Source of the DNA: Polyangiales bacterium
Lineage (GTDB): Bacteria; Myxococcota_A; Polyangia; Polyangiales; Houyiibacteriaceae
DNA: 39,212 nucleotides
Direction: 5' to 3'
Assembly (NCBI GenBank): GCA_045106895.1
Contig: JBGCFM010000136.1
Coordinates: 1-39,212 of the forward strand
Position numbers and translations under genes: made by a program. The notes below the pieces were generated by a model. That model made no database searches. It saw only the letters and a program-made list of their open reading frames with translations, and was not told the origin of the DNA. Shown here in pieces: positions 1 to 9,225 of the stretch. Numbering within the stretch: the first letter of the stretch is position 1; every line of letters begins with the position of its first letter.

Positions 1-121
1 CGAAAGCCGCCGTCGTGAGCAGGTTGCGAGAGCCCGACCGACGGTGCTTTTTGAGGGGGTCTTTGGGCTTCGCAGTCAGCACCTTGAGCGCGGTGCGAAT
101 CTCGTGGAGTTCGGACATCAC
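1..121 (-). CDS. Partial CDS (5' part only), hypothetical protein running off the left edge
   Basis: The minus strand reads GTG ATG TCC GAA CTC... = (V)MSELHEIRTALKVLTAKPKDPLKKHRRSGSRNLLTTAAF and stays open to the edge. A TAGAGT box (130-135) lies 8 nt upstream of the GTG. Confidence 0.55.
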   Translation of the reverse strand, partial: MMSELHEIRTALKVLTAKPKDPLKKHRRSGSRNLLTTAAF

Positions 122-132
122 GCTCGTCAACT

Positions 133-1110
133 CTACGGGGCGTCTACCTCGGGCGTCACATCACGTGGGACCGGGAAAGTGACCTCGTCCGCGCGGATCC
201 ACGCGTGTCGCAGCTCCTCGCAGATGTCTTCTTCGTGTACGCCGGGGGCGATGATGATCTGCGCCCAGGCTTCGCCGTTGATGTGCCGGACCTCAAAGCC
301 CTCCGATTCGCGGACGCTGGCCCAGATTTCGCCGCCCGCGGACTCTCGAACGAAGGCGCCGGGTCTGGGCCGAGCTGCGCCTTGATAGACGTGATCGCCA
401 ATGGAGCGGACGGTGCCTCGCATGCAGCCCATCTGTCCGCTTCCTCCGGTCATCCCGTGGCCCATGCGCCGCGTGGGGCGGAGATCGCGGCGATGAGCCC
501 AGCCATCGAATCGGTTGTAGCGATCGGTCCAATGTACTCGGAACCAATCGCCATGTTGTTCCGTGCGGCTCAAGTAGATCACGGTTCGAAACAGTAGGCG
601 CAGGCGATAAGACCCGCCGCCGCCAGCCCGACGGAAGAGACGAAGGGTCCGAGTGCGAGGCGTCCACGCCGTGCCGTCGCCTTGCTCGTATGGAAACTCG
701 ATGGTCGACTCAGGCAGCGGGGAAAAGAGACTCACCGCTCCGCAAGGCGCGTCCAGACCACGCAGCTCCATGTAGTGGTTGAGGCGAACGTCGAAGCGCA
801 GTCCTGAGCCGTGGGCGTGGAGCTCCCTGACGTGTGTCGCCGGTCCGAGGGACACCCGCCCGTGGTTTGTCTCGACGCGACGGACGAGACGGTACCGAAC
901 CCCCGCCGAGGTGCCTTCGAAACCAAGCCCCACGCGAGCCTCCACATGGGCGCCTTGTCGCTGAGGTCGAACCACCACGGCGCCATCGACGACGAGACCG
1001 GCTTGAAACGCGGGGACATGGACCGTGAGGGTGGCCTCGCCCTGATACTCGCACTGAGCGCTCACGCGGCTGGCGATGAAGACGAAGGAGAGGGCGAGAA
1101 GCACACGCAC
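133..1110 (-). CDS. Secreted hypothetical protein, possibly with SH3b-like C-terminal segments
   Basis: 325-aa ORF with a signal peptide (MRVLLALSFVFIASRVSAQ). GWAHRRDL and AWIRADEV resemble SH3-like GW motifs and are separated by a Gly-rich linker. Confidence 0.7.
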   Translation of the reverse strand: MRVLLALSFVFIASRVSAQCEYQGEATLTVHVPAFQAGLVVDGAVVVRPQRQGAHVEARVGLGFEGTSAGVRYRLVRRVETNHGRVSLGPATHVRELHAHGSGLRFDVRLNHYMELRGLDAPCGAVSLFSPLPESTIEFPYEQGDGTAWTPRTRTLRLFRRAGGGGSYRLRLLFRTVIYLSRTEQHGDWFRVHWTDRYNRFDGWAHRRDLRPTRRMGHGMTGGSGQMGCMRGTVRSIGDHVYQGAARPRPGAFVRESAGGEIWASVRESEGFEVRHINGEAWAQIIIAPGVHEEDICEELRHAWIRADEVTFPVPRDVTPEVDAP

Positions 1111-1136
1111 AGCCGCTCTGAGGGCGAAGCACCTCG

Positions 1137-1203
1137 AAAGTTCCGTTCTATCGGTGTTTCTTGTCGATAGTCTTGCTCTATCACCTGAGCGAAACTATTG
1201 ATT
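1137..1203 (+). promoter_or_regulatory. OxyR binding site upstream of the peroxiredoxin-oxyR operon
   Basis: Perfect ATAG-N7-CTAT at 1167-1181, followed after N7 by a degenerate second half (GCGA-N7-GATT, 1189-1203). An extra AAAG-N7-CTAT lies at 1137-1151. Candidate -10 TAGAGT at 1226-1231 and SD AAGGAG at 1245-1250. Confidence 0.75.
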
Positions 1204-1258
1204 AGATCGATACGCCAACCACTCCTAGAGTGCTCTCAACCCCAAAGGAGAAACACAG

Positions 1259-1990
1259 ATGGAAAACAAAGAAGGCACCCGCATCCCCGACATGACGTTC
1301 CGAACCCGCCGAAACGGCGACTGGCACGACATCCATTCGAACGCGTTCTTCGCTGGTCGGCGAGTCGTCGTCTTCGCTCTCCCCGGCGCTTTCACGCCTA
1401 CCTGCTCGTCCAGTCATCTGCCGCGCTACGACGAACTCGCGCCGATCTTCAAGAAGAACGGCGTCGACGAGGTGGCCTGCCTTTCGGTGAACGACGGCTT
1501 CACGATGGAGGCGTGGGGCGAAACTCAAGGTCTCCACAACGTGACGCTACTTCCAGACGGCAACGGGGAGTTCTCGGAGGGCTTGGGCTTCCTCGTCGAC
1601 AAGAGCAACCTCGGCTTTGGCCGGCGCAGCTGGCGCTACTCCATGCTCGTCAACGACGGCGTCATCGAGAAGATGTTCATCGAAGAAGAAAAGCCCGGGG
1701 ACCCCTTTGAAGTCAGCGACGCGGATACGATGTTGAACCACCTCAACCCCTCCGCACAGCTCGCGCCGGAGGTCACCGTCTTTGCGAAACCGGGCTGCCA
1801 GTTCTGCATCAAAGCGAAAGAGCTTCTCACGGAAAAGGGCCTCGCCTTTGAGACCATCGAGCTGTCCAAGGGACTCAGCTACAAGACGCTTCGGAACGTC
1901 ACCGGGCAGAGTACGGCACCTCAGATCTACATCGATGGCACACGCATTGGTGGCTTCGAGGAACTCAAGCAACACTTCGCTGCGCTCTAG
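1259..1990 (+). CDS. pgdx: Hybrid peroxiredoxin-glutaredoxin (Prx5-Grx, glutathione-dependent peroxidase)
   Basis: Prx5 motif PGAFTPTCS, plus SVNDGF and RSWRYSMLV. C-terminal glutaredoxin domain with CQFC, TAPQIYIDG and IGG. Strong SD. Confidence 0.95.
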   Translation: MENKEGTRIPDMTFRTRRNGDWHDIHSNAFFAGRRVVVFALPGAFTPTCSSSHLPRYDELAPIFKKNGVDEVACLSVNDGFTMEAWGETQGLHNVTLLPDGNGEFSEGLGFLVDKSNLGFGRRSWRYSMLVNDGVIEKMFIEEEKPGDPFEVSDADTMLNHLNPSAQLAPEVTVFAKPGCQFCIKAKELLTEKGLAFETIELSKGLSYKTLRNVTGQSTAPQIYIDGTRIGGFEELKQHFAAL

Positions 1991-1993
1991 CCT

Positions 1994-2944
1994 GTGGCCA
2001 CCATCACGCAGATTCGCTACGCCGTCGCCATCGATCGACATCGCTCTTTTCGGGCGGCGGCGAAGTGGTGCCATGTCACACAGCCGACGCTGAGCGCAGG
2101 CTTGAAGAAGCTCGAAGAGCACCTCGAGATCCTGCTCTTTGATCGGAGCCGCTCGCCGGTGGCGCCGACGCCGGAGGGCGCGGTCTTACTTGAGCAGTTT
2201 CAGGTGGTTCTGCGTGAACATGAACGCATCCAGGACGTCGTCTCGAGTCTACGCGGCATGGTGCGGGGCCCGTATCAGCTCGGCATCATTCCGACGATGG
2301 CGCCGTATCTGCTGCCTCGTTTTCTTCCGGCCTTTGGCGACGCTTATCCAGACGTCACGCTTCACATCGAGGAGCTTCCGACGGACCAAATCGTGACCCG
2401 CCTCACCGACGGAACCCTCGACGCCGGCATCCTCGCCGGACCGCTGGCGGACCGTCGCGTCGTCGAATTCGAGCTCGGCTCCGAAGAGTTCTGCGTCTTT
2501 CATTCGCCCAGCGCGGAGCTTCCTTTGAATGCGGCTGGGCGCGTGGACATGAGCCGTCTACCGACGGAGCGTCTCTTGGTTCTGCGCGAAGAGCACTGCC
2601 TGCGTGCACAGACACTTCATATTTGTCGCAACGAGGCATCGCCACCGCCGTCGCAGCGCTTCGCCATCGAAGCCGGGAGCGTCGCGACCTTGTGCGCCAT
2701 GGTCTTGCAGGGGCCCTTCTTTACGGTGCTCCCTGCGCTCGCCGCCGGCGACCTCCGAAAAGCGGGGCAGGGTCACCTCCTCAAAGACATCGCGGGGCCC
2801 GTCCCTTATCGTGAACTCACCCTCGCGGTGCATCGTTCGGAGACGAAGCGCGCCATTCGTGACGCGCTCATTCGCTGCGCGAAGGACGCGCTTCCATCGC
2901 TTCGCTCGCCGAAGCGTGCGCAGAGGCCAACGGCACCTCGCTGA
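1994..2944 (+). CDS. oxyR: LysR-family H2O2 sensor OxyR
   Basis: LysR HTH (SFRAAAKWCHVTQPTLSAGLKKLEE) and GIIPTMAPYLLP. Redox pair HCLRAQTLHIC has the C-X8-C spacing of E. coli C199/C208. Lies 3 bp downstream of the peroxiredoxin. Confidence 0.92.
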   Translation: MATITQIRYAVAIDRHRSFRAAAKWCHVTQPTLSAGLKKLEEHLEILLFDRSRSPVAPTPEGAVLLEQFQVVLREHERIQDVVSSLRGMVRGPYQLGIIPTMAPYLLPRFLPAFGDAYPDVTLHIEELPTDQIVTRLTDGTLDAGILAGPLADRRVVEFELGSEEFCVFHSPSAELPLNAAGRVDMSRLPTERLLVLREEHCLRAQTLHICRNEASPPPSQRFAIEAGSVATLCAMVLQGPFFTVLPALAAGDLRKAGQGHLLKDIAGPVPYRELTLAVHRSETKRAIRDALIRCAKDALPSLRSPKRAQRPTAPR

Positions 2945-2961
2945 ATGAACGCGCTAAGACC

Positions 2962-4296
2962 TCAAGGTACGCAGAAACCGTAGACCGTGGAGCTCCCATC
3001 CGCGCGGCATCTGCTGCAGTCGTCTCCGCCGAGCCGGCAGATGGGGAGACACTGCGCGACGCCGTTCCATACGAGGCAGTAGCCACCCGACGCGCAGTCC
3101 GTGAACACAGAGCAGGCTTCGCCCTCCCCGGCATTGTCCGTCGGGCGCTCGCAGGAAGTGCCGTACACGCTGCGCACGCACCTATCGCCCGACGCGCAGC
3201 CGGTGTTAGCGATGGGATCGCACGAAGAGCGACATGCGCCATAGGTTGTCGTTTCAAGCGCGAAACATGAGTCCGTCACGTCGGGACACGTACAGCCTGC
3301 ACCCGCCGCACATTGTGGGCGGCAGCGCGGGTTTGAAGCATCGACAAAGGCCTGGCACACAAGACCACGCTCACAGCGCAGGCGTCCGCCGCAAGGTTCG
3401 CCGATCCCTCGGCCGCCCGTGGGTTGGCAGAAGGTTGTCCCGGGAGTGCGTGGATCCGGCGTGCAGGTCTGCGACGAGCTGCATCCGCTGTTGTCCCGAG
3501 GGTCGCAGGTGGGAGGGGGGTCCGGCCATCGCTCTGGACAGGCGACGGGTCCGGCGTCTGGTCCGCCGTCGAAACCAGGCGGAGCGTCAGTGCCACCGTC
3601 CGTGGCCGCATCCACGCCCGCGTCTACTCCCGCGTCCGTGCCAACGTCCGGCGTCGCGGAGTCGGGCAGCATCGGGCCAGCGTCTGTGCCGGCGTCCATC
3701 GATTCACTCACACACCCAAGAGCGATGTCGCATCGGCCTTCGTCGCAACGTGCGTCGTCTTCGTAGTAGAGGCAGGTTCCCGCGCTGCACACCGGCGACG
3801 CGCAACCGATGTCTGCGCACTCGCTGGCCTCCGTGCACTCCAGCGCGCACTCCGCTTCCACCACGACACACTCTGGGTCGACGCAGCGTCCACCGAGGCA
3901 GCTCGTGGCGCTCGGCTCGGCGGCCATCGGGCAGGTGACGTCCACGCAGCTTCGGGAGATGACCACGGTGATGACGCGGTCCCCGCTGACGATCACCAAG
4001 GTGCTTTGTGTAGCCGCCGCTGCCCCCGAGCTGAGAAGGGTCACCATGACCTGATAGTCGCCCGGCGGGAGCGAGAACTCACCGAGGCGCGCTCCCGTGT
4101 CGAAGCCGCTTTCTCCTCGATATACAAACTGACGCATCTCCGCCGATCCACCCCCGGCGGGTTCCACGCGGATCGTCGCCGCCGTAAAATCAACGCCGGG
4201 TCGCATGTCCGTGATCAGATCAACCCACAAGGTTGGGTTGTCGTCGGCACACGCGGGCAAAAGGGCAAGCGTCAGCGCCGCCGCGATCCATCTCAT
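2962..4296 (-). CDS. Cysteine-rich surface lipoprotein (paralog A)
   Basis: Lipobox LLPAC, N-terminal beta-rich domain (LWVDLITDMRPG), two Cys-rich blocks separated by a DAG-repeat linker, and CDPxxNxGC motifs. Confidence 0.85.
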   Translation of the reverse strand: MRWIAAALTLALLPACADDNPTLWVDLITDMRPGVDFTAATIRVEPAGGGSAEMRQFVYRGESGFDTGARLGEFSLPPGDYQVMVTLLSSGAAAATQSTLVIVSGDRVITVVISRSCVDVTCPMAAEPSATSCLGGRCVDPECVVVEAECALECTEASECADIGCASPVCSAGTCLYYEDDARCDEGRCDIALGCVSESMDAGTDAGPMLPDSATPDVGTDAGVDAGVDAATDGGTDAPPGFDGGPDAGPVACPERWPDPPPTCDPRDNSGCSSSQTCTPDPRTPGTTFCQPTGGRGIGEPCGGRLRCERGLVCQAFVDASNPRCRPQCAAGAGCTCPDVTDSCFALETTTYGACRSSCDPIANTGCASGDRCVRSVYGTSCERPTDNAGEGEACSVFTDCASGGYCLVWNGVAQCLPICRLGGDDCSRCRADGSSTVYGFCVP

Positions 4297-4302
4297 CGCT
4301 CG

Positions 4303-4308
4303 ATTGTA
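4303..4308 (-). promoter_or_regulatory. -10 box TACAAT of a likely leaderless promoter
   Basis: TACAAT lies 6 nt upstream of ATG 4296, with no SD. Confidence 0.65.
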
Positions 4309-4327
4309 TCCGAAGGGAGATCGGGCG

Positions 4328-5590
4328 TCACTGACAGTAGCCGTACTCGTCGGAGAACCCGATGTTGGTGCAGATACAAGTCACGACGTCGGACAGCTCG
4401 CACACGCGCCGACAACGCGCGCCCATCCCAAGGACGTTCGCGCAGGAGTAGCCGGGTTCACAGTCCGTCGACTCATCGCACATGGCCCCTGGCATCAAGC
4501 TTCCGGATTCGGCTGTGCATGCTGGGCCGAAGCTTGAAAGGTAACAGGTCTGACCTGCGCCGCAGCCGGTGTTGGCGACGGGGTCACACGATGCTCCGTT
4601 CATGCATGCTCCGAATGGCGCCTCTTCAAGAGGCACGCAACGTGCGTTCGCTCCGCATGTGCAGTCGTGAGGTGTGGTGCAGATGCGGCTGCATCGGTCC
4701 ACACCCGATGCAGGCTGACGCCAGCAGCGTAGTCCTAGGCCACACTCGCCTCGGCTGCAGACCTCTCCCTCGCTCCTGTCTCCATGTGCACGACACGACG
4801 CGTCGTCGGCGCTGGGGAGGCAAGACTCACCGGGGTCGCAGCCTGTCTGCTGGAGCACATCGCAGGTCGTGGTGCGCTCGAAGCGCTCGGGGCAGAGACC
4901 TCCACTGGTAAACCCATCGGGCTCCGGCGCGTCTGTGCCGGCGTCACTCACATCCACTCGGGCATCTACGCCGGCGTCCACTCCAGCGTCTGCGCTCACT
5001 CCCCCGTCGAAGGGCGCGCCCACGCATCCCATCATCAGGTCACACGCGCCGGAGCCGCATCGAGCGTCGTCGGGACGCACCAAACACACGCCGCTGGCGC
5101 AAGCGCTCGTGGCACAGTCGACAGGCGTCGCGCATTCCGCAGCCGTGGCGCATTCGGCGTCCGGGCAATACTCTGGCGTCGTCGCTGTGCAGCGGAGGTC
5201 GACGCAAGCGCCGCCTCGGCAACTCAGTGACGCTCCACATTGTACGTCGCGGCAGTCTCGGGAGACGACGAGTTGTACGACCGTGTCCCCCGCGACAGCC
5301 GCCGTGGCAACACGCTCGACGAGCACCTCGCCGGCACGAATAAGCTCAAGCGTGACGGTCTGGGTGCCTGCTCCGGTTTCGATATTGCCCACGCGCACGC
5401 CGCGCACGAAGTCCTGGTCCTGGAGCACCACAAATGGCGCGCTTACGCCCTCGCCGATGCGGACCGTCACACCGTCAAACTCCGTCCCCGGGATAAAGTC
5501 TGTGCGCAGGTCCACGGAGAGGCTCGGTTCGCCCGAGCCACACGCCGCGAGCGCTCCGAAGAGAAGAGCCGGCCATGCGCGGTGGAGCAT
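4328..5590 (-). CDS. Cysteine-rich surface lipoprotein (paralog B)
   Basis: Lipobox LAAC, LSVDLRTDFIPG, the same architecture as 2962..4296, and CDPVANTGC. Confidence 0.85.
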   Translation of the reverse strand: MLHRAWPALLFGALAACGSGEPSLSVDLRTDFIPGTEFDGVTVRIGEGVSAPFVVLQDQDFVRGVRVGNIETGAGTQTVTLELIRAGEVLVERVATAAVAGDTVVQLVVSRDCRDVQCGASLSCRGGACVDLRCTATTPEYCPDAECATAAECATPVDCATSACASGVCLVRPDDARCGSGACDLMMGCVGAPFDGGVSADAGVDAGVDARVDVSDAGTDAPEPDGFTSGGLCPERFERTTTCDVLQQTGCDPGESCLPSADDASCRAHGDRSEGEVCSRGECGLGLRCWRQPASGVDRCSRICTTPHDCTCGANARCVPLEEAPFGACMNGASCDPVANTGCGAGQTCYLSSFGPACTAESGSLMPGAMCDESTDCEPGYSCANVLGMGARCRRVCELSDVVTCICTNIGFSDEYGYCQ

Positions 5591-5596
5591 GCCCTC

Positions 5597-5605
5597 ATGC
5601 TACCA
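5597..5605 (-). promoter_or_regulatory. Extended -10 (TGnTAGCAT) of a likely leaderless promoter
   Basis: TGGTAGCAT lies 6 nt upstream of ATG 5590. Confidence 0.6.
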
Positions 5606-5630
5606 TCAAAGGGCTGGCGCGCGCGCAGAG

Positions 5631-7796
5631 CTACATCAAGAGCGAGAGCACTGCGGCCTCGATCTGCTCCTCGCCTAAGAGCACATGGTCCGCCGCAGGT
5701 CCCAAAGGAACGAAGCTGTCGAGGCTCGTGACGCGCGCCATGTGCCCCTGAAAACCAGCGTCCACGAGGCCTGCCAGGAGCGCTTCGCTGACGCCGCCGC
5801 TCTTGCGTGTCTCGTCGACGATGAGGACTTTGCCCGTGGCCTGCGCCTCCCGAAGGACATCATCGAGGGGCATCGGGGAGATCCAGCGGAGATCGACGAC
5901 GCGGATGTTTATGCCGACCTCGCGCAGACGCGCGGCTACTCGGAGGCTCATTCGCACTCCGTTGGCGAAGGTGACGATGGTCAGTGACTTTCCGCGGCCA
6001 TGAGTCCGCGCGCGTCCGATCTCGACCCGCTCGGGCCCGCCGGTGGAGAGCCATGCCTCGTCGCCGTCTTCGGCGTCGCGTGTGTGATAGAGGGCGATGG
6101 GCTCGAGAAACACAGACACGGTGCCCTCGGCCTTGGCGAGTTCAATGCAGCTTCGAAGCATGCCGGCGGCGTCCTCAGGGCGCGAAGGCGAAGCGATGAC
6201 GAGGCCCGGGATGTCGCGGAGCGCGGCGATGGAGTTGTCGTTGTGAAAGTGCCCGCCAAAACCCTTCTGGTAGGCGTAGCCGGCGATTCGCACGACCATC
6301 GGGTTTCGAAACTGACGCTCGGAGAAGAACTGAAGACTGCTCGCTTCGCCTCGAAGCTGGTCGATGGCGTTGTGGAGGTAAGCTAGGTACTGAATCTCGC
6401 AGACTGGCAGAAGGCCCGCTTGGCCCGCGCCGATGGCCATGCCCAAAATGCTCTGTTCGTCGAGGAGCGAATCGAACACGCGGGCGACGCCGTAGGTCTT
6501 CTGAAGGCCACGCGTGACGCCGTAGACGCCGCCCTTTTTTCCAACGTCCTCGCCGAAGACGATGACCTCCGGGCGCTGCTTCATCTCGTCCGTGAGCACA
6601 TGGCGAATGCTCTCGGCGAGGGTCAGGCCTTCCGGCGCAGGGGCCTCGCCTTTCTTCTTTCGTCGCTTCGTCGGCGCGCTCTTTGGCGCTCCGCCCAAAC
6701 ACCAAAGAACGTCCTCGGCGTCGCGGAGCCCCTCTTCATCACAGACCTCCTCGGAGGCGCGCCGGACTTCCGCTTCGGCGTCGTCATAGAGATTCTGCAC
6801 GGCGGCTACGGGCATGCCGTGGGCGACGAGGGCACGCGCCGTCCGCAGCAATGGGTCGCGCGCTTCATCGGCGCGCGTCTCCGCGGCGCTTCGGTACGCA
6901 CTCTCGATGTCCGAGCCGGCGTGGCCGAGGAGACGGACGGTCTTCAGATGAACGAAGAGCGGAGCGCGAGATTGGCGAACACGCTGCATGGCAAAGGCGA
7001 GGGTCTGAGCGCTTCCAAACACATCACCGCCATCCACCTGAAGGTATGCGTCCGGACCGAGGGCGCCGTAGGCCTCTTCGATCCAGCGTCTGGGCGTTGG
7101 GACACTGATGCCGAGACCGTTGTCTTCGCACACAAACACCAGCGGCAGCGGATAGCCGCGATACGCGCACTGCCTGGCGGTGTTGAGCGCCCCCGTTACC
7201 GTGGAGTGGTTCGCGGAGGCATCGCCGAAGGAGCATATCGCCAACGAATCGCTTGGGTACCCACTCTCGACGCCGAGCTTCTTTGCGCGGGTGATGGAGA
7301 GCGCAAAGCCGACGGCCTTCGGCGCGTGAGAGCCAATGGTGGAAGTCTGTGGCGCGACGGACAGCTCGCGACTTCCCCACACCTTGTGCCGGCCGCCAGC
7401 GATGGGGTCTTTGCGCGAACCGACCATGCCCCGAATCACAGAACGGATAGCGTCGGACTCCACGCCTTCGGACTGGGCCTTGAGCGCCCGCGCAAAGAAG
7501 AAACCGCCGGAGCGATAGTGAAGGAACGCGAGGTCTGTGTGGCGCGTGGCCCACGCGAGGGCTGCGTTGCCTTCATGGCCGGCCGAAGAGATGGTGTAGT
7601 AGCCCTTGTTTTGGGCCCGAAGACGTCGCGCTTCAAAGTCGACGTGACGGCTGACGAACTGAGCACGGGCCAAAAGCAAACGGTCTGCTTCGCTGAGGGT
7701 GTCCTCGGGGACCGCAAGGGACGAGCCCTCGAGAGCCGCGAGCTTCTCGCGAAAAGCGCGATCAACGCGTGCGGACGAGTCTTCCAAAGCCGACAT
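5631..7796 (-). CDS. Fused 2-oxoacid (2-oxoisovalerate-type) dehydrogenase E1 alpha/beta, TPP-dependent
   Basis: Alpha part: GHE, HYRS, TPP motif variant GDAS...EDNG, RLLGH. Beta part: GEDVGKKGGVYGVT, DSLLDEQ, EIQYLAY, GGHFH, transketolase C-terminal VVDLRW. Confidence 0.92.
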   Translation of the reverse strand: MSALEDSSARVDRAFREKLAALEGSSLAVPEDTLSEADRLLLARAQFVSRHVDFEARRLRAQNKGYYTISSAGHEGNAALAWATRHTDLAFLHYRSGGFFFARALKAQSEGVESDAIRSVIRGMVGSRKDPIAGGRHKVWGSRELSVAPQTSTIGSHAPKAVGFALSITRAKKLGVESGYPSDSLAICSFGDASANHSTVTGALNTARQCAYRGYPLPLVFVCEDNGLGISVPTPRRWIEEAYGALGPDAYLQVDGGDVFGSAQTLAFAMQRVRQSRAPLFVHLKTVRLLGHAGSDIESAYRSAAETRADEARDPLLRTARALVAHGMPVAAVQNLYDDAEAEVRRASEEVCDEEGLRDAEDVLWCLGGAPKSAPTKRRKKKGEAPAPEGLTLAESIRHVLTDEMKQRPEVIVFGEDVGKKGGVYGVTRGLQKTYGVARVFDSLLDEQSILGMAIGAGQAGLLPVCEIQYLAYLHNAIDQLRGEASSLQFFSERQFRNPMVVRIAGYAYQKGFGGHFHNDNSIAALRDIPGLVIASPSRPEDAAGMLRSCIELAKAEGTVSVFLEPIALYHTRDAEDGDEAWLSTGGPERVEIGRARTHGRGKSLTIVTFANGVRMSLRVAARLREVGINIRVVDLRWISPMPLDDVLREAQATGKVLIVDETRKSGGVSEALLAGLVDAGFQGHMARVTSLDSFVPLGPAADHVLLGEEQIEAAVLSLLM

Positions 7797-7896
7797 GGGG
7801 CGGACCCTAGCCGTGACATCGGGCGACGGCTAGGTCGCCCTTCGTCAAAGTTGTGGACCTTGCTTCACGCGCCATCTCACGGGTACGGTCCCTGCC

Positions 7897-8676
7897 ATGC
7901 TGGATGGAAAACGCGTCGCCGTAGTGATGCCAGGGATCAACGTCGCGACAACGCTAGAGCGCACGATTCGCGCGCTCCCCGAAGGCGTCGCCGACGAGAT
8001 CATTCTCGTCGATGACGGAAGCACAGACGACTCCGTGGCTCTGGCTCAAAGCCTCGGCCTGACCGTCGTCTCTCATGCAAAGAACCTCGGCTACGGCGCC
8101 GGCCAAAAGACGGGCTACCGCGAAGCTCTCGCCGGCGGCGCCGATGTCGTCGTCATGGTGCACCCGGACTTTCAATACAAACCAGAGCTCATGCCCGCGA
8201 TGGCTTCGATGGTTATCCACGGTGGCTATGACATGGCCCTCGGCTCACGCATGCTCATGCGGGGCGCCCTCGCCGGCGGCATGCCGCTTTGGAAGTACTA
8301 CGTAAACCGCGGACTCACGATGACGGAGAACGCCGTGATGGGCGCAGGTCTGAGCGAGTACCACACGGGCTACCGCGCCTTCGGCCGCAAGATCCTCGAG
8401 GAGCTTCCGCTGGCAGGGAACCGAAACGACTTCGTCTTCGACAACGAGACCATCGCCCAGGCGCTTCATTTTGGGTACAGCATCGGCGAGATGTCCTGCC
8501 CCGCGAACTACTTCGACGAGATGCAGACCATCACCTTGATGCCAGGCATTCGTTATGGCCTCGGTTGCCTAAGCACCGCGTCCGCGTTCTTCTTCAACAC
8601 GCGAGGCAAGCCTTCGCCGCTCTTCGACAAGAACGGCCCTCGGCTCGATGCGTGGACCGAAGGCGTCCGCCGCTAG
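7897..8676 (+). CDS. GT2 glycosyltransferase, DPM1-like (polyprenol-phosphate sugar synthase)
   Basis: VDDGSTD, NLGYGAGQKTG, MVHPDFQY, GSR, EYHTGYRAF. Confidence 0.9.
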   Translation: MLDGKRVAVVMPGINVATTLERTIRALPEGVADEIILVDDGSTDDSVALAQSLGLTVVSHAKNLGYGAGQKTGYREALAGGADVVVMVHPDFQYKPELMPAMASMVIHGGYDMALGSRMLMRGALAGGMPLWKYYVNRGLTMTENAVMGAGLSEYHTGYRAFGRKILEELPLAGNRNDFVFDNETIAQALHFGYSIGEMSCPANYFDEMQTITLMPGIRYGLGCLSTASAFFFNTRGKPSPLFDKNGPRLDAWTEGVRR

Positions 8677-8741
8677 CCCCGAATCCACCGCACTCGACCA
8701 AATCGTCTTTGGCGCGCAGCCCAAAGCGTCTATGGTTTGGT

Positions 8742-9218
8742 ATGAGCTTTCCACGACTCTTCGTTCTCGTCGCCGCCTTCGGGCTCTCCTTGAGCGCAAG
8801 CACCTCCGAAGCGCAGGTCGAACTCACGCCGCCGCTCACCGCGACGAGCCACGTGTTCTCGCTGACGAACCTTCAGCTTCAGCTGCAAGAGAACAACGCG
8901 CAGGTGGGGGTTCAGGTATCGGAGGTTCCGGTGACCTACGTGCCGGCGGCGCAACCGCTCGATGTACCTTCGCGGCGATACCACCTGTGGTCCATTCTTT
9001 GGGGCGGAGGCATCGTGATGACCGGCCTCGGTGGGCTCGTTTGGCTCGTGGAGCAGTTCGACGGCGGCTTCTTCGGGGCCAGCATGATGGGTCTTGGCGG
9101 CCTCATGATCATTGGCGGCATCATCGGGCACGTCGTTGGAGGCGCTCGCTACCGTCGAAGAATGCGCGAGTACCAGCGAGGCGTTGTCTATCTCGATGGC
9201 ACCACGCTGCGCTGGTAG
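8742..9218 (+). CDS. Hypothetical exported/membrane protein (158 aa)
   Basis: Start reassigned from 8289 to ATG 8742: signal peptide MSFPRLFVLVAAFGLSLSASTSEA, with TATGGT 5 nt upstream. Two Gly-rich C-terminal TM helices. Confidence 0.7.
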   Translation: MSFPRLFVLVAAFGLSLSASTSEAQVELTPPLTATSHVFSLTNLQLQLQENNAQVGVQVSEVPVTYVPAAQPLDVPSRRYHLWSILWGGGIVMTGLGGLVWLVEQFDGGFFGASMMGLGGLMIIGGIIGHVVGGARYRRRMREYQRGVVYLDGTTLRW

Positions 9219-9225
9219 CGAGCTC

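Noticed and set aside
6420..8015. 531-aa plus-strand ORF
   Set aside because: It is the antisense shadow of the E1 gene in GC-rich DNA and has no motifs.
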